From an uncultured archaeon (GTDB taxonomy: Archaea > Asgardarchaeota > Lokiarchaeia > Sigyniarchaeales > SOKP01), in the NCBI GenBank assembly GCA_964583985.1, contig CAZOYD010000005.1, forward strand, positions 1-64,000: 64,000 bases of DNA, in the 5' to 3' direction. Position numbers and translations under genes: made by a program. The notes beneath the pieces are model-generated. The model saw only the letters and a list, made by a program, of their open reading frames with translations, was not told the DNA's origin and ran no database searches. Positions 7,606-17,434 of the stretch are shown here, in pieces (the stretch's first letter is position 1; each line of letters opens with the position of its first letter).

Positions 7606-10521
7606 TTGAGTTGTTAACTCTTTAATTTCAATTAACTTTTTCATTGCGTCGATTGGCGTCATTGAATTAAGATCGATTTTATTAATTTCTTCAATTATAT
7701 TTTTAAGTAAATCATCATTGGCGTTGATTGGGGGAAACAAGGTGGTTTGAACATACTTTTTCGCTTTAGAAAAATTTTGCTTGGCAATATCGGTATGTGT
7801 AATTTCATTTAACTTCAAATCAAGTGTTTTTTGTATTTCCTCCAACTCATAATTTTTTCTTCCCAAATCTAACTCCATATCATTTAATTCTTCTTCACAC
7901 TTATTCATTTCGCCTAACTTATTTTGTATTTCAATGTTTAATTTATCTAATTCTATTTTCTTTTCTTCTACAAATTTTTCAAGGAATTTTCCTTTTCCAA
8001 TCCCGTTCCCATTTTCTTTAATAGTGGCTTTAAATGGATCCTTATCTTCAATTTGGTTAAGAATTTCAAAAGCACGGATAATTACATCATCAGGAAGTCC
8101 CGCTAATTTAGCAACGTGAATTCCATATGATTTATCGGTGCTCCCAATTCTCAACTTTCTAATAAAATTGATACTTCCATCATCATTTTCAATAATATCT
8201 AAATGATAATTCTTGATTCTAGGTAAATCAATTTCAGTCAATTGGTGATAATGGGTGCTGAAGAGAGTTTTAGCTTTTATCTCGTGCAATTTTTCGAGAG
8301 TAGCCATTGCAATGCTTTGTCCATCGCTTGTACTGGTTCCTCTCCCTAATTCATCGATGATGATTAAACTTTTCTGCGTTGAATTGTGAAGAATTTTTGC
8401 GGTTTCGGTCATTTCAATCATGAAAGTACTTAATTTACGAGCTAAATCATCAGATGCTCCAATCCTGGTAAAGATTTTATCAACAATTCCAATTTGAGCT
8501 GACTTTGCTGGTACGAAACATCCCATTTGGGCAATAATGCATATTAATGCGACTTGTCGCAAGTATGTACTTTTACCCGCCATATTTGGACCTGTAATTA
8601 TTAGTATTTGTTCTTTTTCTGTATCTAAATAACAATCATTTGGAATAAATTGATCTGTTAGATTAATCTGCTCAACTACAGGATGTCTTCCTTCTTTTAT
8701 AATTATTTTGTCGTCAAGAGAAATTATCGGGCGTGAATAATTATATTTTTCAGAAATTTCTGCAAAACAAGATAAAACATCAATATATGCTATACTTTTC
8801 GCAGTTTCTAAGATCTCTACAGTTTTTCCGACCACTTTTTCACGAATTTTACTATAAATTTCATATTCTAGATCATTTATTTTTTCTTCAGCAAGTACTA
8901 TTTTTTCTTCCAGCTTTTTCAATTCGGCACTTGTGTATCTCTTAGCGTTCTTTAACGTTTGTCGTTCAATATACTCATCTGGTATCTTGGATATATTTCT
9001 TAGCGTATTGAGAGTTATTTGAATGTAATATCCCAATATATTATTATGTCCAACTTTTAATCCTGTTGTCAATTTCAATTGCGATTTTTGTTCCTCCTCA
9101 TAATCAAGAACATATTTTTTACCATTCTGTAAAAGATCTAATAATTCATCAACTCTATCATCAAAACCAAACTTGATCATGTGTCCTTCTTTAACCGTTG
9201 TTGGTGGATCTTCTCTTATTGATGTTTCAATTAAAGTTTTTAATTCATTGAATTCGTTGATCTCTTTCAAATAATCATCAACTTCAGGAATTTTTGATTT
9301 TTCTAACAAATTTTTAATTTTAGGAATTTTTTCTAAGGAATTCTTGATATGTATCAAATCTCTTGCATTAGAATTGTTTGAATAATTAATGCGATTTATA
9401 TGACGTTCTAAATCTCCTAATATTTTCAATTCTTCCCTTAAATCAGATCTCAAGAACACATCGTCCTTAAATTTTTGTACAATATTCAATCTGCTATTAA
9501 TTTCTTCAGGGTTAGTGAGCGGTCGTAACATGACTTTTTTTAATAATCTGGCACCCATGGGAGTATGAGTAAGATTAAAAATAGAAAATAAAGTCACTTC
9601 TTTTCCTTTTTCCCATAAGGAATTAACCAATTCTAAATTTCTCTGGGTAGCATAATCAAGATGTAAAATACTCCTTTCTTGAATCGGATTAATTTTGAAA
9701 ATGTTAGGAAGCATGTCTCTTTGAGTTTCCTTCAAGAATGCAAGTAATCCACCACTAGCTTGAATCGCAAGTCTACGATCTTCAATCCCAAACCCTTCAA
9801 GATTAGATATCTGAAAATGCCTTGTAATTAAATTATATGCATTATCATAATTAAAAGCAAATTCATCGTATGGTTTAAGTAATGCATTAGTTAGATCCTT
9901 TAATAATAAAAAGAGTTTTTCTTCTTTCTTTAGTTCAGATGGAATAATGACTTCCACCGGATCATATTGTGAAAAAAGGCTTAACATTTTTCCTTGAGAA
10001 TCATCGTCGTTGGATAGATATTCAGTGGCTAAGAATTCTCCCGTCGAAATATCAACAAACGCAATCCCAAAACCGCGCTTTTCCTTGATTAAGGAACATA
10101 AATAATTATTCTCGTTAGATTTAAGCATATCTGATTCTATTATGGTTCCTGGAGACATGATCCTTACAACTCCTCGCTTTACTATTCTACCTTTCACCGT
10201 GGCAGGATCCTCTAATTGATCCACTACAACAACTGTCTGCCCCAAGTTAACTAAATTCTTTATATAGCTACCCGCGTGATAAGGTATCCCGGCTAATGGA
10301 TAAGCGTCAGAACCTAATTTTCTTTGAGTTAAAGTAATACCTAATAGAGAGGATACTCTAACAGCATCGTCATAGAAAAATTCATAGAAATCTCCCATTC
10401 TATATGCGATCAAGTGATTCGGATATTTATCCTTGTAAGTTTGTTTCACACTAAACCAGTGTTTCATCATGGGAGTGAGATTTTGTTTTTGAAGATCTTC
10501 AGAAGTGATATCATTTATCAT
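7600..10521 (-). CDS. mutS: DNA mismatch repair protein MutS (MutS1)
   Basis: TPMM, RMGDFYEFF, GRHPVVE, TGPNMAGKST, STFMIEM, DELGRGT, STHYH and SYGIHVA motifs. Confidence 0.97.
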   Translation of the reverse strand: MINDITSEDLQKQNLTPMMKHWFSVKQTYKDKYPNHLIAYRMGDFYEFFYDDAVRVSSLLGITLTQRKLGSDAYPLAGIPYHAGSYIKNLVNLGQTVVVVDQLEDPATVKGRIVKRGVVRIMSPGTIIESDMLKSNENNYLCSLIKEKRGFGIAFVDISTGEFLATEYLSNDDDSQGKMLSLFSQYDPVEVIIPSELKKEEKLFLLLKDLTNALLKPYDEFAFNYDNAYNLITRHFQISNLEGFGIEDRRLAIQASGGLLAFLKETQRDMLPNIFKINPIQERSILHLDYATQRNLELVNSLWEKGKEVTLFSIFNLTHTPMGARLLKKVMLRPLTNPEEINSRLNIVQKFKDDVFLRSDLREELKILGDLERHINRINYSNNSNARDLIHIKNSLEKIPKIKNLLEKSKIPEVDDYLKEINEFNELKTLIETSIREDPPTTVKEGHMIKFGFDDRVDELLDLLQNGKKYVLDYEEEQKSQLKLTTGLKVGHNNILGYYIQITLNTLRNISKIPDEYIERQTLKNAKRYTSAELKKLEEKIVLAEEKINDLEYEIYSKIREKVVGKTVEILETAKSIAYIDVLSCFAEISEKYNYSRPIISLDDKIIIKEGRHPVVEQINLTDQFIPNDCYLDTEKEQILIITGPNMAGKSTYLRQVALICIIAQMGCFVPAKSAQIGIVDKIFTRIGASDDLARKLSTFMIEMTETAKILHNSTQKSLIIIDELGRGTSTSDGQSIAMATLEKLHEIKAKTLFSTHYHQLTEIDLPRIKNYHLDIIENDDGSINFIRKLRIGSTDKSYGIHVAKLAGLPDDVIIRAFEILNQIEDKDPFKATIKENGNGIGKGKFLEKFVEEKKIELDKLNIEIQNKLGEMNKCEEELNDMELDLGRKNYELEEIQKTLDLKLNEITHTDIAKQNFSKAKKYVQTTLFPPINANDDLLKNIIEEINKIDLNSMTPIDAMKKLIEIKELTTQS

Positions 10522-10617
10522 TAATCATCACTTATTTTTTTAAAATAAATATACGTGGAGTATAAGTATTTAATAGAAATTTATTCTATTTATTACAGAT
10601 TTAATAATTAACATATT

Positions 10618-10980
10618 TTAAATCCAAGGAGTTATGTCCAAAGTTCCAACCCAAGGAGAACAAAATTCAAACAGCTCTGATATGTATTTTTGAATTTCAG
10701 CAATAGCTTCTAAGCAACCTGTTGATTTATGAGTGTTATTGTATCGCATAAATAAAAAATTCTTATCATTAAAGATAGGAATTGTGAAATCTCAGTATTT
10801 TACAACAGCAGACTTGATATCTTCTTCTCGATAACCTTTAATTTGACTTAAACATCTAGATAAGGAGAATAATGCGTCAAGATCAATGCAATATGATACA
10901 TCCTTATCACAAAAACCTAAATCATTCTGAAGTGATAACGTGGAAGCAATTATTCTTTCAGGATAAGGAATTAGATGAAT
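10618..10980 (-). pseudogene. 5'-truncated gene relic with internal TGA
   Basis: Minus frame reads IHLIPYPERIIASTLSLQNDLGFCDKDVSYCIDLDALFSLSRCLSQIKGYREEDIKSAVVKY*DFTIPIFNDKNFLFMRYNNTHKSTGCLEAIAEIQKYISELFEFCSPWVGTLDITPWI*. There is one in-frame TGA (10792-10794) and no plausible start. The sequence is protein-like, resembling an alpha/alpha-toroid (prenyltransferase-repeat-like) C-terminus. Confidence 0.55.
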
Positions 10981-11403
10981 TAAAAATCTTTGCAGATAAA
11001 CCTAAGGAAGAAATGTTTTTTAGAATGACAGAAATAGCCATTTCAATATATCCTCAAACAGGAGCTACCATTTTACCCCTTTTATCATTCGGATTGCCAT
11101 TTGCGAAAAATATCCTATTTACTGCCGATAAATTTGGACTAGAAGAATTAAAGAACCTTAACTTTCCAACAATGATATTCTCGCCCGATAAATCAGATAT
11201 AGAAACCAAAAAATTAATTAGAACTTTCAGTAAAAGAATGGATTCATTCATGTTCTTGATGAAATCATCTTACCTTAATGAATAATAAAATGATTGAACG
11301 ATGGTATGATTTAGAAGATGAATGCGGAGAAATTGCATATCAAAAGAAATCACAAAAAGAAATGGATACCATCATTAAAAATATATATGATAATTATCCT
11401 TGA
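10872..11403 (+). pseudogene. Probable fragmented hypothetical gene (ORF 10872-11285 plus frameshifted tail)
   Basis: The ORF's first ~30 codons are the antisense of the relic above. After its stop another frame continues MIERWYDLEDECGEIAYQKKSQKEMDTIIKNIYDNYP* to 11403. Confidence 0.4.
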
Positions 11404-11413
11404 TTTTGAACAT

Positions 11414-12259
11414 TCATCTATGCTTTTCTAGCCAGATCCACATATCTCTATATACTTGCATTCGACCCTTCTCATTCCATAATTCATTGAGAAATCCTTC
11501 ATACATTCTTAAATTTTTATCTTGACTTTTTATTCCTTCATAAAATGCCTTTGTAGCTTCATTGTCATTTATCTTATCTTTTTCACCTTGTAAAATTAAA
11601 ATAGGGCAAAGAAGTCTCGATGCATTTTCCAATGCAAACTTCATAGATCTCTCAATTTCCGCAGCAGTTCTTAGTGATATAAAATCTATTTTCTTCTTAT
11701 CCGCAATGTGGCTTCGTAAGATTTTAAGATCACTTGTTAAAAGATTTTGATCAATCATTATTTTAATTGTTTTATTAGGAGAGATTTTAGATAAGGGAGC
11801 TGCTATTTTATTACCAAGCTTTTTAGTAAATGAAAAATTCTTTGCTAAACGAATCATTGGAGAAGAAACAATAACTCCAGGTAAACTTGGATGTTCAATT
11901 GCATATAAAATACAAACCAATCCACCAAATGATTGCCCCATCAAAAAAATCTTTTTATCATTTGCCTCCAATCTTACTATGTCCATAAAAAGCATTATAT
12001 CTTTTTGAAGATGATCGATGCTATCAATATGCCCTGGAGCCTCACCCGCATTTCTCCAATGACCTCTTAGATCGAAACTATAAATAGCATATCCTTCTTG
12101 AGTAAAATATTCAGCAGGCACTTTCATTCTATCGGAATGAGTACCCCATCCATGAAGTGCTATTATATACGCCTTAAAATCGTCATTTTCTGGCAGCCAA
12201 TATTGATAGAACAACTTCGTATTTTCTCTTCCTTCAAAAAACCCTGTTCCAGTTTTCAT
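11414..12259 (-). CDS. Lysophospholipase/monoacylglycerol lipase family alpha/beta hydrolase
   Basis: HGWGTH, DLRGH, GQSFGG and LQGEKD. The expected catalytic His position reads Asn (EGFLNEL). Confidence 0.85.
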   Translation of the reverse strand: MKTGTGFFEGRENTKLFYQYWLPENDDFKAYIIALHGWGTHSDRMKVPAEYFTQEGYAIYSFDLRGHWRNAGEAPGHIDSIDHLQKDIMLFMDIVRLEANDKKIFLMGQSFGGLVCILYAIEHPSLPGVIVSSPMIRLAKNFSFTKKLGNKIAAPLSKISPNKTIKIMIDQNLLTSDLKILRSHIADKKKIDFISLRTAAEIERSMKFALENASRLLCPILILQGEKDKINDNEATKAFYEGIKSQDKNLRMYEGFLNELWNEKGRMQVYRDMWIWLEKHR

Positions 12260-12399
12260 GTTAAAATCTTCTCTAATTATTGTAATAAGAAATGGGATTA
12301 ATATATTATAAAATTTGATTCTATTTTAATTAACGAAATTTTTTATTAAAAAGCCTCTTTCATATACATTAATATACATATTCTTATAAAATTAGAAAA

Positions 12400-13002
12400 A
12401 TGACAAATGAAATCAATTCTGAAGATGATTTAATAACTCTGATTATTTTGGGGCGAGGAGGACAGGGAGCCGTTACGGCTTGTGAAATATTAGCAGAAGC
12501 TGCATATATGAGTGGGAACTTTATTGATGTACACGCATATCCTTCTTTTGGTGCTGAAAGAAGGGGTGCTCCTGTTCAAGCATATGCCAAATTATCAAGA
12601 AAACATAAAATTTGGGATAGAGCACAAATACAAAATCCGAATATTCTAATTGTTTTTGATGAAACTGTATTGGATTACGAAATCATCTCTTCCCTGAATA
12701 AAAATGGAATTTTTATCATTAACTCTAATAAAGAACCGGAATTTTTATCCAAAAAATTTAATTTTAGTAAGAACATAAAAATTATCGTTGCAGATATAAG
12801 CAAGTTAGCTCTTGAGAAAGATTTAACGATTGATGGAAATCCTATAATAAATACACCGATTTTAGGGCTTCTTTCTAAAGCACTTCCCGATTTGAATCTT
12901 GAAAATTTAAAAAAAGTAGTTCTCAATAGATTAGGTCAAAAGTTAGGCGCTTTAAACTATGAATTAATTGAAGAAGGATATAATATGGCTAAAATTCTTT
13001 GA
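12400..13002 (+). CDS. porC: Pyruvate/2-oxoacid:ferredoxin oxidoreductase gamma subunit
   Basis: GRGGQGAVTA, FGAERRGAPV and NTPILG motifs. Confidence 0.9.
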   Translation: MTNEINSEDDLITLIILGRGGQGAVTACEILAEAAYMSGNFIDVHAYPSFGAERRGAPVQAYAKLSRKHKIWDRAQIQNPNILIVFDETVLDYEIISSLNKNGIFIINSNKEPEFLSKKFNFSKNIKIIVADISKLALEKDLTIDGNPIINTPILGLLSKALPDLNLENLKKVVLNRLGQKLGALNYELIEEGYNMAKIL

Positions 13003-13016
13003 AATGAAAGATACTA

Positions 13017-15644
13017 CTATTTTATAGGCAATCTTAAACTAAATATTGAACCTTTATTCCTTCCTTCTGAGGTGGCTTTAATTTCTCCCCCATGTAAGTT
13101 AAGAATTTCTTTTACGATAAATAATCCTAAACCTGAACCTTGAATGTCTAAATATTCAAAACCTTCACCGAATCTTTCTATTTTGCCAAAACGAGTGAAT
13201 AATGAATTCATTTCTTCTTTTGTCAAACCAATCCCTGTATCTTTTACAATTAACTCAATCCAATCATTTTTTTTTTTCAAAATAACATTTACTTCTCCAT
13301 TAGGTGGCGAATTTTTGATTGCATTTGAAAGTAAGTTTATGATTACTTGTTCCATTCGAATTCGATCTATGTTTATGTATATGCTCTCAGGAAGAGATAG
13401 GTTCAAGTTAATCTTGCGATTTTTTAATAAGTACGAAATTTCACGGCTACATTCCCTGATAATTTCACTTAAGTCTTCTGATTTTATCTCTAATTTAAAT
13501 TTTCCATAATCAATTTTCGAGATATCTACCAAACGATCTACAAGGTACTTTAAACGCGTCCCTCCTTTTTCAATAAGTTCTAGAATTTCTAACGTTTCAG
13601 ATGAGAATTCTTTATTGTACAAGGTCAATAATAATTCTGAACCTCCACTTATAGAGACAAGAGGCGTTTTTAGTTCATGAGAAACTCGAGAAATTAAATT
13701 CTTCCTAATTTTTTCTAATTCCTTCAATTTATTAATTTCTTTATTCACTAGTAATTCAGATTCCTTTTTACTAGTAATGTCCGTAAAAAGAGCTTGCACA
13801 TAAGTTTCTCCCGTAAGTGTCATCAGAGCTGCTTGAAGATTAGTCCAAAAAATGGTACCATTCTTTCTTTGTATTTTAATATCTATTCGATGCATCTTTT
13901 CTCCTTTTACAAACTTTTGAAAAAGTTCTAAAATTGTTGGTAAGTAATCTGGATGAATTATTGAAAGATCCATAAACCTTTTACCAATAAAATCGTCTCT
14001 TTTATATCCAAACATTTCTTCGGTGGTTGGATTAGCATCTATGACTACACCTTGGGAATTAATTAATACTACTGAAAAGGGGGTGTTTTCGTAAATATTT
14101 CTATATTTTTCTTCGGACTCTTTCAATTTTTGTTCAGCAATTTTTCGTTCCGTGATATTTACAGCAGTTACTAAGTTCGCATTTCGGCCTCTAAATAAAA
14201 TAGTTTTAGAAAAATTGTCTAACCAAATAATGTTTTTAGATTTATTTATTAAGCGATATTGATAATAATATCTTACATCTTTTAAGCCCAATTGTTTCTT
14301 TTTAGCTTGTTCCACTACCCAATCTCTATCATCTGGATGAATAACATTTGCAAACCAACCAGGTTCCCAATTCTTAATTTCATCAACCGAATATCCTAAT
14401 AAATCCGCAAATTGTGTGTTAATGTATTTAACCAAATCATCTTGTATTACACATATACCCAATAATGATTCTTCTGCAATAGATCTAAATTTCTCCTCAG
14501 ATTCTTTTAAGTCCTGTTCCAAATTATATATTTCTGTTATATCAGTAAAAGTACCTTCGATTCCAATTGGTTTTCCTTCCTTATTTCTCATTAGATGAGA
14601 ATTTAATTGAACAATAACTTTATTACCCTTTTCCGTCAATGATGGGCAAATATAATTCTTTACACTATTATTTTCTAATATCTCTCTTAGATATTTCTGT
14701 CTTTCTTCTGGAAATTGCCAAAAATCTGTAACTCTTTTACCTACTAAACTCCCAGATAAATCATACTCTAAAATTTTATTATGTGCTGGATTATGATTTA
14801 ACATAATTCCATCTAAGGTGACTTGATAAAATCCAACATCTAAATTATTAATCATATCTCTATATTTTTCCTCAGACTCTTGAAGCCTTAAGATCGCATT
14901 TTTTTGTTCAGTAATATCTTCAGCGTGTTCCACGATTAAATCTGGATTAACATATCCAAAATAAGTAGACATATGTTTTATCTCATCTGAAAGTTCAAAT
15001 TTATATTGTATTTCCGCGCTAATACGTTCTTTCTTTGCCATGCATAGTCTTAAATAGTTAAAAATGTCAGGACGATCCTTATATATTACAGAAGCTTTGT
15101 ACCCTATGAAATTTTTGACATGTTCCTTACTAATTTCTTCTGCGGCCTTATTAAAATCAATTAAAATGAAATCATTTCCTAATTTCTGCCAGGTGTAAGC
15201 GGGAATTGGACCTTCCTTGTATATTGCTTTAAACATCTCTTCATTATCTTTTAATTTTAACTCGGCGACTTTTCGCTCAGTAATATTTCTACCTATCCCT
15301 AAAATAGCATATATATTATCATTTTTTCTAAGTGGAATTCCATAGGTCTCTATAAAAATAGTATCTCCTTCTTTTGTTTTAATTTGGTACTCACTCCATT
15401 CAGATTGTCGTCCCGTTTTACGTATTTCTTTTGTGATGTTATAGGCTTTCATGAGGTTCTCTTGATCGAGAAAATCTCTAAAGGATATCTTTGTGATATC
15501 CTCACGTTGATATCCAAGAGTTTTTAAAGCGACATCATTAGCATCAAGGAAATTTCCATTAAAATCATTGACATATAATAATTCTAATGAATATTCAAAT
15601 AACTCTTTAAATTTCTCCCTAACTTCGATTTTATCATACTCCAC
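13017..15644 (-). CDS. Cytoplasmic multi-PAS sensor histidine kinase
   Basis: Repeated PAS/PAC modules ending in (D/N)ITE. SHELKTPL H-box, NLLSNAIK, DTGIG and GSGLGL. No TM segments. Confidence 0.93.
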   Translation of the reverse strand: MEYDKIEVREKFKELFEYSLELLYVNDFNGNFLDANDVALKTLGYQREDITKISFRDFLDQENLMKAYNITKEIRKTGRQSEWSEYQIKTKEGDTIFIETYGIPLRKNDNIYAILGIGRNITERKVAELKLKDNEEMFKAIYKEGPIPAYTWQKLGNDFILIDFNKAAEEISKEHVKNFIGYKASVIYKDRPDIFNYLRLCMAKKERISAEIQYKFELSDEIKHMSTYFGYVNPDLIVEHAEDITEQKNAILRLQESEEKYRDMINNLDVGFYQVTLDGIMLNHNPAHNKILEYDLSGSLVGKRVTDFWQFPEERQKYLREILENNSVKNYICPSLTEKGNKVIVQLNSHLMRNKEGKPIGIEGTFTDITEIYNLEQDLKESEEKFRSIAEESLLGICVIQDDLVKYINTQFADLLGYSVDEIKNWEPGWFANVIHPDDRDWVVEQAKKKQLGLKDVRYYYQYRLINKSKNIIWLDNFSKTILFRGRNANLVTAVNITERKIAEQKLKESEEKYRNIYENTPFSVVLINSQGVVIDANPTTEEMFGYKRDDFIGKRFMDLSIIHPDYLPTILELFQKFVKGEKMHRIDIKIQRKNGTIFWTNLQAALMTLTGETYVQALFTDITSKKESELLVNKEINKLKELEKIRKNLISRVSHELKTPLVSISGGSELLLTLYNKEFSSETLEILELIEKGGTRLKYLVDRLVDISKIDYGKFKLEIKSEDLSEIIRECSREISYLLKNRKINLNLSLPESIYINIDRIRMEQVIINLLSNAIKNSPPNGEVNVILKKKNDWIELIVKDTGIGLTKEEMNSLFTRFGKIERFGEGFEYLDIQGSGLGLFIVKEILNLHGGEIKATSEGRNKGSIFSLRLPIK

Positions 15645-15858
15645 GTTTATAACCTAATTAAATTATTCTTAAGAGCTAATCCTATGTGAATATTCAAAAA
15701 GATTATGAAAGCCCTAAATATATATGTATTTCTAAAAAGTAAATTAATTGAGTTATAATAACAAACTTAAATTTTGTTTTATATTATTTCCAAAGACATT
15801 TTATTTTAATAGTTATTACATTTCATATTGGTTTTTATTCATTAATGATTGTGTTATT

Positions 15859-16161
15859 ATGACTAATGTTAAAAAAGATTATCAAAAAATTCTTGGATCG
15901 GTACAAAAACCAGTAAAAGGCGAAGCGGGAAAAACTGGTAGCTGGAGTTCAAAAAAACCCGTTATTGATTTAGATAAATGCATACCTGTTAAATCTGGTA
16001 AATTTTCTTGTTTTAATTGCTGGCTTTATTGTCCCGATGCCGTTATCACGCGCACAATTCCTCCCACGATAGATTTAGAATATTGTAAGGGATGTGGGAT
16101 TTGTACGGAAGAATGTCCCGTAAAAGCAATAAGTATGGAAGAGGTGAAAATCGATGAATAA
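15859..16161 (+). CDS. porD: 2-oxoacid:ferredoxin oxidoreductase delta subunit
   Basis: KTGSW, CFNCWLYCPD and YCKGCGICTEECP. Start reassigned to ATG 15859 because the TTG 15748 extension is AT-rich promoter-like sequence. Confidence 0.9.
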   Translation: MTNVKKDYQKILGSVQKPVKGEAGKTGSWSSKKPVIDLDKCIPVKSGKFSCFNCWLYCPDAVITRTIPPTIDLEYCKGCGICTEECPVKAISMEEVKIDE

Positions 16162-17431
16162 TGCAATGGAAGATGCCACGATTTTAACTGGGAATAACGC
16201 TGCAGCTCATGCATTAAGACAAGTTAAAGTAGGAGTTGTTGCTGCTTATCCAATTACTCCACAAAGTCCAGTAGTGGAAAAAATCGCAGAATTTATAAAT
16301 GAGGGGAAATTGAATGCCCGATTTGTTAAAGTAGAATCAGAACATTCTGCTCTCGCAGTTTGTGTTGCTGCTTCTGCGACTGGATCAAGAGTAGGAACTG
16401 CAACATCAGCTCATGGGCTAGAATTGATGTATGAAATGTTGCCTTGGACTTCCGGAAATAGATTGCCAATAATTATAAATTTAGCTACAAGGAGCTTAGG
16501 TGCTCCTTGGTCTGTTTGGACCGACCATTCAGATTTCATAACTATCAGAGATGTTGGTTGGATTCAATTTATGTGTGAAGATAATCAAGAAATTTACGAC
16601 ACTAATTTACAAGCATTTAAAATTGCAGAAGATCATAGAGTAAATTTACCAGTAATAGTAGGTTATGATGGATACATTTTATCACACACAATGATGCCCG
16701 TAGTTTTAGAGGATCAAAAAGATGTTGATGACTTCTTACCTCCATTAAAGCATCATATCAATCTATCTGATATTTCTCAAGTTAAGGGAATAGATCCTGT
16801 AACAACACCACATACACGTGATAGAGGATCTGAGGGAAGGGTTCCGGGATATTTTGAATACAGATATGCCCTCCAAAAAGCATTAGAAAATTCTATTGAA
16901 ATAATTCAAGAAGTACATGATGATTTCGCCAATAAATTCGGAAGAAGTTATGGAAATGGATTATTTAAAACCGCTGAATTTGATGATGCTGATATCATTA
17001 TCTTCGCAATGGGTTCTGTTGCATCTCAAGCTAGAGTAGTTTTAAATAAATTAAGAGATAAGGGATTAAAAGTAGGACTGGTTAGCTTAAAACTGTTTAG
17101 ACCATATCCCGCCAAGCAATTAAGAGAACTTCTCAAGGACAAAAAAACGATAGTAGTATTTGATCGAGATATTGGATATGGGTATGAAGGTGTTTTATGT
17201 TATGAATTAAAATCCGCTTTATATGGGTTAAAAGAAAGTCCATTTATTAAGGGTTTTATAGTTGGATTAGGGGGGAGAGACGTAACAAATGAGCAGCTCA
17301 TTGAAGGTGTCAATAGAGCTTTGAATCAACAAAAAACTGAAGAAATATCTCAAAATACTGAATTTCTCGGGTTAAAATTGGAGGAACTAAACGATTATGA
17401 TGAAGCAACTTTTTTTAAGGAGGTGAAATGA
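16154..17431 (+). CDS. porA: 2-oxoacid:ferredoxin oxidoreductase alpha subunit
   Basis: AYPITPQ, VESEHSA, DGYILSH, FRPYP and GLGGRD motifs. Confidence 0.93.
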   Translation: MNNAMEDATILTGNNAAAHALRQVKVGVVAAYPITPQSPVVEKIAEFINEGKLNARFVKVESEHSALAVCVAASATGSRVGTATSAHGLELMYEMLPWTSGNRLPIIINLATRSLGAPWSVWTDHSDFITIRDVGWIQFMCEDNQEIYDTNLQAFKIAEDHRVNLPVIVGYDGYILSHTMMPVVLEDQKDVDDFLPPLKHHINLSDISQVKGIDPVTTPHTRDRGSEGRVPGYFEYRYALQKALENSIEIIQEVHDDFANKFGRSYGNGLFKTAEFDDADIIIFAMGSVASQARVVLNKLRDKGLKVGLVSLKLFRPYPAKQLRELLKDKKTIVVFDRDIGYGYEGVLCYELKSALYGLKESPFIKGFIVGLGGRDVTNEQLIEGVNRALNQQKTEEISQNTEFLGLKLEELNDYDEATFFKEVK

Positions 17432-17434
17432 AAA

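Noticed and set aside
10792-10794. In-frame TGA as selenocysteine
   Set aside because: It is not in a redox Cys-type motif, the fragment has no start, and no SECIS-like element is evident. A nonsense mutation is simpler.
15748-15858. 37-aa N-terminal extension of PorD in the ORF track
   Set aside because: It is low-complexity F/Y/I-rich translation of AT-rich promoter DNA. Family similarity starts at ATG 15859. Similar over-extensions were trimmed for msrB, dsrE and the Clp1-like gene.
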